Source of the DNA: Candidatus Campbellbacteria bacterium
GTDB taxonomy: Bacteria; Patescibacteriota; Minisyncoccia; Phycocordibacterales; JAXHMZ01
Length of the DNA stretch: 64,000 nucleotides
NCBI GenBank assembly: GCA_034521025.1
Contig: JAXHMZ010000005.1
Span: 26,352 to 90,351, forward strand
Direction: 5' to 3'
Of the stretch, positions 57,716 to 64,000 are shown in pieces. Below the pieces are notes generated by a model that saw nothing but the letters and a program-made list of their open reading frames with translations, was not told the DNA's origin and did not search any database. A program made the translations under genes and the position numbers. Numbering within the stretch: the stretch's first letter is position 1; each line of letters begins with the position of its first letter.

Positions 57716-58252
57716 TTAGCTTTTATAGGAGCGGATTTCGTTCCCGCGGTACGCTCTGCAGATCTCTTTAATACTCTCAGGATCTTTGGATTTACTATCA
57801 ATTTGGACAACAACCAGAATCTCTCCAGCACGTACACGTTCTTCGTATGTTTCGGCGTCCTCGCGCGCGACCCCGAACCTTGCCAAAGAGCCAACTAGTC
57901 CACGTCGGATAATTGCCGTAACCGCATCAGACATAACGCTCGATGTATCGTTCATTCCCAATACATCAGCAAGGTCTCCGGCGACAAACACCCTTCCTGT
58001 TCCGGAGATCGCGCCTTTAGTTGCCATAACTCCGGCAACTGATTCACTCGTTTGTTCCTTGGTACTTTTGGAACTTTCCCGGCGCTGTGACCCTTCTATC
58101 CCATCTAGGTATATATAAGAGATATTTTTACTTGAGCCCACAACTTCGAGCAATTCTCGTATAGCTCCTTCGGCTTCAGTTTTTTTGGAAAACGCACCAA
58201 CAATTGTATTGTTCATAATTTTTTGGATTAAGCGCCGGCGCTTTCGTGTCAA
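57716..58252 (-). CDS. YflT-domain general-stress-like protein
   Basis: 'NTIVGAFSKKTEAEGAIRELLEVVGSSKNISYI' YflT N-terminal pattern; real start probably MNNTIV. Confidence 0.5.
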   Translation of the reverse strand: MTRKRRRLIQKIMNNTIVGAFSKKTEAEGAIRELLEVVGSSKNISYIYLDGIEGSQRRESSKSTKEQTSESVAGVMATKGAISGTGRVFVAGDLADVLGMNDTSSVMSDAVTAIIRRGLVGSLARFGVAREDAETYEERVRAGEILVVVQIDSKSKDPESIKEICRAYRGNEIRSYKS

Positions 58253-58307
58253 ACCACGCTAGCATTTTCATTTTATTTGTCCAGTTCGTGATAACTTAAA
58301 GACGAAA

Positions 58308-58787
58308 CTACACCTTATTTCTTACGAGAAAGTCGTGGGCTTCTCTGAACATTTCTCGTGAATTTTCCGGCAACAACCTTAACACTTCTTCAAAACCAGC
58401 CCATTTGTATTCAGAAAACTCATTTTCTTCAATAGTTACGTTTGGCACCTCAGACCCGGGAGTAGTAACTTGGCCCAGGAAATATGTATTTATTTTTCGA
58501 ATTATACTTCCGTCCGGTTTTTCATAAAAATATTCCTCAGAAAAAGGCGAGCTATTTATGACAGCGTTCGGCTCCAGGCTCATTCCGGTCTCTTCTCTAA
58601 GCTCTCGCGCGGCGGCCTCTGCTTCATCTTCTTCGTCTGAATCCTTATGACCTTTTGGAAATTTCCAAAATATTTTCCTTCCATCTTTGCCTTGAGTTTT
58701 GCCAATAAAAAATACGTACTCTCCCGACAGCTCGCGGTAAAAAGGTATCACTCCATAAGCATAATCTCTTTGTATATCCATATGCAC
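58308..58787 (-). CDS. NUDIX hydrolase
   Basis: Nudix box 'GHKDSDEEDEAEAAARELREETGMSL'. Confidence 0.85.
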   Translation of the reverse strand: MHMDIQRDYAYGVIPFYRELSGEYVFFIGKTQGKDGRKIFWKFPKGHKDSDEEDEAEAAARELREETGMSLEPNAVINSSPFSEEYFYEKPDGSIIRKINTYFLGQVTTPGSEVPNVTIEENEFSEYKWAGFEEVLRLLPENSREMFREAHDFLVRNKV

Positions 58788-58794
58788 TATATAT

Positions 58795-59895
58795 TTAGCG
58801 TGTCTCTGTCTTTCGCGGTAATTCTTTGTCCGTATCTACAACTCGAAATAATTTGCTACCGATAACTCTTCCTGATTCAGTCTCAACCGTAACACGCCAC
58901 CAACCCGCACTTACGTTAGATTTATAGGTATAGCCACGATAGCCCTGATCTCTACCGCCGTATACTGGGAAAGACACACTGCTCACCGAAACCCAGCCGC
59001 CATCGCTCCATCTCTTCCAATTGTGGACCACTTCAGCGTTTAAATTCGTGGGAGCAAAAATACTGCTAAAAAGATATAGCCGGCTATTCTCTTCTGCGAT
59101 GTGAATAGTGTCATATAGCAGAAACCACTCATACCACCTATCAACTTCCGCTAAAGCTTTGTATTCTCCTGAGTTGTTTCTCTCCACGTTATGGTAAACT
59201 CCGGCGTCTCGCAGGGAGAGCGGAAAAGGAGGAATGAGATTGGCAAAATAAAGAAAATTCACTGCCAAAAAAACAACCGTGACACTCCCCAAAAGAAGAT
59301 CTTTCCTATTTCCAATACGAGGAGCTAAGCGAGAAGCTATCCATAGATAAACTAGAATAGCTATCACGCTTAAAACCCCGCTCAACAAAAATACCAAAGT
59401 ACTTATGTCGCGCAACATATACGGCACAAACAAGACCAAGTAGGACATTATGGCAAAAAAGTACGCGCTAACTTGTACCGTAAGCCACATATATTGTTTT
59501 TTGAAAAGTTCAGTCCCGACAAAAAGAAATATCAACGGAAGGAGAAACGGCCAGCTCGTAGTGATAGCCCCACTATGAGAATATAAAACAATAAATATGC
59601 TAAAAAGTGCTCCATACGAATATAAAATGACTAGCGGGATAAATAGACGTATATAACGCAACATCTTTCCCTGCATAGCGTCTTTGGGAAGATTGACGAC
59701 AATTATTCCGATCCCTATCAAAACCAGGTGTACTAAAAGTATTATTTGTACAACTTCTATATTAAGAGTCCTAACCGCTATAGTATCTCCGATAAAACCA
59801 AAAAGCAACGCTCCCGGCAACAGATAGCGCTCGTATTTTTTGTACCAATCCCGTACCTGGCGGAACTGCGACCATTCTTTTATACGCTTTAACAT
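58795..59895 (-). CDS. Polytopic membrane protein with C-terminal extracytoplasmic W/G-rich domain (hypothetical)
   Basis: At least 7 TM helices; C-terminal 'WKRWSDGGWVSVSSVSFPVYGG'. Confidence 0.45.
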   Translation of the reverse strand: MLKRIKEWSQFRQVRDWYKKYERYLLPGALLFGFIGDTIAVRTLNIEVVQIILLVHLVLIGIGIIVVNLPKDAMQGKMLRYIRLFIPLVILYSYGALFSIFIVLYSHSGAITTSWPFLLPLIFLFVGTELFKKQYMWLTVQVSAYFFAIMSYLVLFVPYMLRDISTLVFLLSGVLSVIAILVYLWIASRLAPRIGNRKDLLLGSVTVVFLAVNFLYFANLIPPFPLSLRDAGVYHNVERNNSGEYKALAEVDRWYEWFLLYDTIHIAEENSRLYLFSSIFAPTNLNAEVVHNWKRWSDGGWVSVSSVSFPVYGGRDQGYRGYTYKSNVSAGWWRVTVETESGRVIGSKLFRVVDTDKELPRKTETR

Positions 59896-59972
59896 TTCTT
59901 GATATTAGCGAGAAATCGTCTATTAAACAAATAAATACCCGCCGGAGCGGGTATTGGAGGGTTTTAGCGAGA

Positions 59973-60455
59973 TCAGCTGACGGATTCCTCTCTAGTAGCA
60001 CCAAGTGCGTCCCTGAGCTTCTCCTCGATATCGTGCTTATCTGCAGGAGAAATGTTCTCTCTACCGAGTTTGCCTAGCTCTCGACGAACCTGAGACACGA
60101 GATCAACCAGATCTTCTCTCCCGTCGTCCTGTCGCTTTTTGATCAACTCGAGAGCCTTCTTTATTCTCAGCCAGCATCCTTTGATGCAAATGTCATCGAA
60201 CTCCTTTTCGTCTGAAGGAAGAACCCAGAGGTCACTTCGCGAATAACCGGCTTTCTCTAGGTCTCCTCTGATAAGCTCCAGCACGGGTTCGTACTCGACA
60301 TTCTTCATACGAACCCTCTGTAGGCGTCTACGTCCGCGCTCGAGATCGTCGTTTCCGATACCTGAGTTCTCCACGTCCTCAAACCTATGGCTACTCATTT
60401 TATAGCTCCTCCCTTGAAAGTACTTGCAAGATTTCCTTCTGTAAAAAGAACACAT
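59973..60455 (-). CDS. Hypothetical charged protein (likely start at MSSHRF, ~60398)
   Basis: ORF only; no recognisable family. Confidence 0.35.
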   Translation of the reverse strand: MCSFYRRKSCKYFQGRSYKMSSHRFEDVENSGIGNDDLERGRRRLQRVRMKNVEYEPVLELIRGDLEKAGYSRSDLWVLPSDEKEFDDICIKGCWLRIKKALELIKKRQDDGREDLVDLVSQVRRELGKLGRENISPADKHDIEEKLRDALGATREESVS

Positions 60456-60476
60456 TTAAAGCATTTTTTCAACCTT

Positions 60477-60500
60477 TGTGCGCAAGAGAGGAATCGAATC
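60477..60500 (-). repeat. Direct repeat of the 3' ~24 nt of tRNA-Leu (tgtgcgcaagagaggaatcgaa), ~125 bp 3' of the intact tRNA
   Basis: Identical 22-24 nt at 60479..60500 and 60603..60624; the rest of the tRNA is not reconstructable at the first site. Confidence 0.7.
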
Positions 60501-60604
60501 TTACAGATTCGGTACAGGTTTCGTGTTGTGCTCGCTATCGCGACGCGCAACATACTCAACCTTTTCGATTCCTCACAAAAGCTCATAAATGAGCTTTTTT
60601 CTTG

Positions 60605-60689
60605 TGCGCAAGAGAGGAATCGAACCTCCACGCCCGCAATGGACACTAGCCCCTCAAGCTAGCCTGTCTACCAGTTCCAGCACTTGCGC
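60605..60689 (-). tRNA. tRNA-Leu (anticodon GAG), long variable arm
   Basis: Hand-folded: acceptor GCGCAAG/CUUGCGC + A73, anticodon stem CUAGC/GCUAG with loop UUGAGGG, T-arm GGAGG-UUCGAUU-CCUCU. Confidence 0.8.
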
Positions 60690-60759
60690 TCACGTTTCCG
60701 GGTACATAAAACTCACCTAGAGTATACCCGTTTAAAATAAGTTTTCAAGAAAACGAAAG

Positions 60760-60993
60760 CTATTGATCTTGTGTTGTATCTTCTTCGAGGATCTCGGATT
60801 CTACGGCGGACTCATCGTCGTCATCCGCTGGTGTAGGCTCTACTTGTTCTTGCTCGTTTCGGTCGTTGGCATTATCCTCAACCTCGTCAATGGAGCTCTC
60901 AAGGATCCCTAGGTAAATAAAGTGGTTCAAAACCATCAATACAAGCACTAGAACGATAATCGAAAAACCATATAATGTGGGTACTCTTTGCAT
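60760..60993 (-). CDS. Small membrane protein with acidic tail (hypothetical)
   Basis: 77 aa; one TM. Confidence 0.35.
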   Translation of the reverse strand: MQRVPTLYGFSIIVLVLVLMVLNHFIYLGILESSIDEVEDNANDRNEQEQVEPTPADDDDESAVESEILEEDTTQDQ

Positions 60994-61053
60994 ATAGAGA
61001 CAGTATACATTTTATAAGAAAAAAAGTAATCAACACAAGAAAAAAAGAAGGTT

Positions 61054-61650
61054 TTATCCTTCTTTTTTGTCTTCTTCGGTTGTCTCGTCTTCTTTTGGAG
61101 TCTCTTCTTCGGTGGTCGACTCTTTTTCAGATTCTTCTGTAGTATTTCCCTCATCTTCAGAGCTTGCTTGTGTATCTTCTGTTTCTTTTTCTGTCTCTTC
61201 TGCCGTATTTTCTTCTTCCTTTTTCTTTTCCTCTTCTTCGGCTTGTCGCTTGGCTTCTGCCTCGGACTCGCTCATAGTAGATCTGTCCATAAACCGAGCG
61301 TTACGCATCTGTCGGCGGATCTCACGCGCGACTTTCTTGCGTATATAGTAGAGCTTGGAGCGGCGAACTCTCGCTCGTTTTACAATTTCTATCTTATCGA
61401 TCAATGGTGAATAGAGTGGGAATATACGCTCAACACCGACACCGCTTGATACGCGACGAACGGTAAATGTAGCTCCCGGTTCGTTTCCGTGTTTGACCGC
61501 CAAAACAATTCCCTCAAATACCTGAATTCGAGTTTTTCCTTTTTCCTCTATTTTCTGGTGAACACGCACGGTGTCTCCGGCGCGAACTCCGATTTCTTTG
61601 CGCTCTTCAACGTTTACTGGAGAAAAGTCATTTGTTAGTACTTGTGACAT
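61054..61650 (-). CDS. rplS: Ribosomal protein L19 with ~80-aa acidic/lysine-rich C-terminal extension
   Basis: '[69 protein letters not shown]' canonical. Confidence 0.9.
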   Translation of the reverse strand: MSQVLTNDFSPVNVEERKEIGVRAGDTVRVHQKIEEKGKTRIQVFEGIVLAVKHGNEPGATFTVRRVSSGVGVERIFPLYSPLIDKIEIVKRARVRRSKLYYIRKKVAREIRRQMRNARFMDRSTMSESEAEAKRQAEEEEKKKEEENTAEETEKETEDTQASSEDEGNTTEESEKESTTEEETPKEDETTEEDKKEG

Positions 61651-61691
61651 ACAAAGAGTAAATTACCACGCGCAGAGGTTTTTAGCAATAC

Positions 61692-62435
61692 TTACTCAGC
61701 GCGTAGAGTGTTTAAGAATCTTTCAAAGCTTTCGGGCATATCGGCTACTACCGTTTCTGTGTCTCCATTTAAGTTACGGAAAGATATTTTTCGCGCATGC
61801 AAGGCCATACGACCCAACTCCTCCGGACATGGCGTATCTTTAAAGCTATAGAGCGGGTCGCAGAGAACCGGCCTATGGATACTTTTGAGGTGTACTCGTA
61901 TCTGATGTGTGCGCCCGGTTTTTGGAAATACTGATATATATGTAAGGTCCGCGAAGCGATCTATAACTTCTATCTCGGTTTCCGCATCGCGCAATTTCCC
62001 TTTGGCGCCGCGCTGAGCTGACCATTTCCGAAAGTCACCGGAACTGCGTCCAATCGGTCTACTTATGGTTTGGATATCTTCTCTGACTATACCGGCAACT
62101 ATTGCTCTATATTCTTTCTCAATTGAGTGCTCCTGGAATTGCTTTTTAAGGTGGAGAAACTCTTCCTGAGTCTTCGCTATTAGGATCACTCCTGAGGTAT
62201 CTTTGTCTAATCTGTGAACAATACCCGGCCTTTTAATAGTTTCACCACTGGAGACCTTCTGGAGCTCCCCCACCTCCTCTAGTTTTGGGTACTTGTCTCG
62301 TATCCAATCCACGAGCGTAGGATCACTTGTCCTGCCGTCTGAATGCACCATAAGCCCTGACGGCTTATCGACCGCCAGTAAATGTTCGTTTTCTAATAGA
62401 ATATTTGGGATCAATGACTTATCCATCAGCCCCAA
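61692..62435 (-). CDS. RluA-family pseudouridine synthase
   Basis: 'HRLDKDTSGVILIAKT' catalytic Asp motif. Confidence 0.85.
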   Translation of the reverse strand: MGLMDKSLIPNILLENEHLLAVDKPSGLMVHSDGRTSDPTLVDWIRDKYPKLEEVGELQKVSSGETIKRPGIVHRLDKDTSGVILIAKTQEEFLHLKKQFQEHSIEKEYRAIVAGIVREDIQTISRPIGRSSGDFRKWSAQRGAKGKLRDAETEIEVIDRFADLTYISVFPKTGRTHQIRVHLKSIHRPVLCDPLYSFKDTPCPEELGRMALHARKISFRNLNGDTETVVADMPESFERFLNTLRAE

Positions 62436-62466
62436 TATACCTCAAAAGTAGTACAGGAGCTACACA

Positions 62467-63984
62467 CTAGTCACAACTGTAATCCTCGGCAGTAGGTTCT
62501 TCGACTTCTCCTGCAAAGCCGGTTGAATCCGCGCAGTAGACACCCCCACCCGAGAGAGTGGCTTCAGCCGCCCACGCATCAGCGCTGTCGTAGCAAGAAG
62601 CACTCACATCCGAGCTCAGCTCTGATATCTCTTCAGACTTCTCCTGCCACCGATCTGAATCACAGAATCCCTCATAGGAAAGTGAATTATCAGAATAATA
62701 CAGTTCCGCTTCGGAGCGCACCTGTTGTATGTCTGCTCGTATATTAATGGCTATAGTTGCCTTTCTATCCTCAATAACTCTACTTCCAAACATAAGTTCG
62801 GCTGCTTCATCAAAGGTCAAAGGGTCATCCGGAGCTTGAATGTCAATTCGTTGATTTATGTCAGACAAAGTTACCTTTGAAACCAGTCGAAGCTGGGTAT
62901 CACTTGAGGCCTGAGGAGGACCAAAAAACATCTCGTCTTCCGGTATCGCTTCCGGATTTGGCACAAATACTACTTCCGTTGAATACTGGATCGGATAGCC
63001 CGTACGCTCATCCATCCAGATGGTAAAGTCAACGTGTTCATTAAGGTATTCAACTAACTCAGTGAATTCTTCTGTTTCAAAAAAGGCAAGATCGTGCTCA
63101 AGCGCTCGCTCTTCTGCCGCGATCTGTTCTTCATCAGTAAGTTTCGAAATTATGTCCGACATAAGCACTTCATAAAACTCGGGGAAACTATCCGCATTTA
63201 TTCCCAAACTGTACCCGATCGCATTTCTGCCATCCTCAAGTTCTTTCTTCTGGGGCGAGCCATTCAAGACGAACGGATTGTGCTCGGAAACAGCGTTGGA
63301 TAGCATACGCGGAGACTCAGAAAGGTATTCTTCTTCGCTTTCGCTAGTGTCTGAAGGTAAGACAGAGCTAAGCATATTGTTCGATATCTCCTCCTCGGGG
63401 ATACTGATCCATCGCTCTCTAATTGGCTCTATATCAAAGAAGAATATTGAGGGGAAATGATTCACACGCGCGTATATTTTTTCATCCTTTATCAAGCTTT
63501 CGGCATCAACCTTAACCGTAAGATCCCCCCAATCAACATCTGCTGAGAGAGAATTTTTCATATCAGGTAATTCCGTATCCTCTTCTTCCAAGCCCGCTAT
63601 GCCGGAAAACGAGACATCGCCATTAAAACGCGCCGGTAGAGATATTGCAGTCATATTCAGACCTTCAAGACCTCCCACAAATGAGCTTTTGTATAAAACT
63701 CTATTGGCAGAAAGAAAGAAGAAATCGCTTGTGTCTTGGGTAAATGTAATGGTGCCATCGGTATGTTCGCCTTCTATATCCTCCTTGAGATAATCAAAAA
63801 CCTCTTCTGTTTCAAATTGCACCGCGAGTTCATAACCACTACCGCCGTCTGTCCTTTGATAGTCAAGGGAGTCAGTGTCAACTTCTGCAAAAGTCCCGAT
63901 CTCCGCAAGAGAAGCAGGAAAAGATCCGCTTAACCGTTCGTGACTATTCAAATCTCTTCTTATGCTTTTAACACCGTCAAACAA
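62467..63984 (-). CDS. Hypothetical acidic secreted/surface protein with C-terminal Cys pair; N-terminus probably runs past the window end
   Basis: 505 aa ORF opening on a non-ATG codon 17 nt from the window edge; no family recognised. Confidence 0.35.
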   Translation of the reverse strand: MFDGVKSIRRDLNSHERLSGSFPASLAEIGTFAEVDTDSLDYQRTDGGSGYELAVQFETEEVFDYLKEDIEGEHTDGTITFTQDTSDFFFLSANRVLYKSSFVGGLEGLNMTAISLPARFNGDVSFSGIAGLEEEDTELPDMKNSLSADVDWGDLTVKVDAESLIKDEKIYARVNHFPSIFFFDIEPIRERWISIPEEEISNNMLSSVLPSDTSESEEEYLSESPRMLSNAVSEHNPFVLNGSPQKKELEDGRNAIGYSLGINADSFPEFYEVLMSDIISKLTDEEQIAAEERALEHDLAFFETEEFTELVEYLNEHVDFTIWMDERTGYPIQYSTEVVFVPNPEAIPEDEMFFGPPQASSDTQLRLVSKVTLSDINQRIDIQAPDDPLTFDEAAELMFGSRVIEDRKATIAINIRADIQQVRSEAELYYSDNSLSYEGFCDSDRWQEKSEEISELSSDVSASCYDSADAWAAEATLSGGGVYCADSTGFAGEVEEPTAEDYSCD

Positions 63985-64000
63985 CTCGATATCGTCTTCA

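Noticed and set aside
60477-60689. Integrated prophage or ICE at tRNA-Leu
   Set aside because: No integrase, recombinase or phage-like genes within or next to the duplicated tRNA 3' end. Only an att-like scar can be claimed.

Overview
This 64 kb window is a gene-dense, mostly minus-strand chromosomal segment that reads like a small-genome, CPR/Patescibacteria-like bacterium; that lineage call is an inference. Indirect signs are: L11 and L10/L12 operons without rplA, rpsF-ssb-rpsR without rplI, a eukaryote-like type-2 IleRS, and long K/E/D-rich tails on ribosomal proteins.

Recognisable housekeeping genes:
- Ribosomal proteins: rplL, rplJ, rplK, rplS, rpsF, rpsR.
- Replication, recombination and repair: ssb, recA, ftsK, efp, recO, a umuDC pair, a TatD-family hydrolase, and rarA (split, see below).
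- Transcription and secretion: nusG, and a 59-aa secE that the ORF track misses.
- Aminoacyl-tRNA synthetases: metG, glyQS, ileS, argS.
- Nucleotide metabolism: dut, tmk, folA.
- Central metabolism: zwf, pgi, a type-II NADH dehydrogenase.
- Two tRNAs: His(GUG) and Leu(GAG).

Unusual content, most interesting first:
1. The IleRS carries a ~200-aa histidine-phosphatase (PGAM/SixA-type, RHxE...HQG) domain inserted inside its catalytic core.
2. A divergent ftsK promoter holds an 8-mer iteron array (TGTCCTTT x4 and AAAGGACA x2) upstream of a wHTH protein, with further copies inside and downstream of that gene and a 0.9 kb ORF-free region beside it.
3. A tandem array of three paralogous envelope proteins (TM, coiled coil, PG_binding_1, poly-Asp linker, variable beta-rich C-terminus) has two of three copies riddled with frameshifts; a CAP-domain protein elsewhere shares the same N-terminal architecture.
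4. A membrane-anchored ClpB-like AAA+ protein has a degenerate first ATPase domain.
5. One perfect 28-nt palindrome (11-6-11) occurs identically at three intergenic sites, and the rpsF leader carries a three-palindrome cluster including a 38-nt perfect palindrome.
6. A duplicated tRNA-Leu 3' end looks like an att-type scar.

No CRISPR array, rRNA, transposase or integrase is visible.
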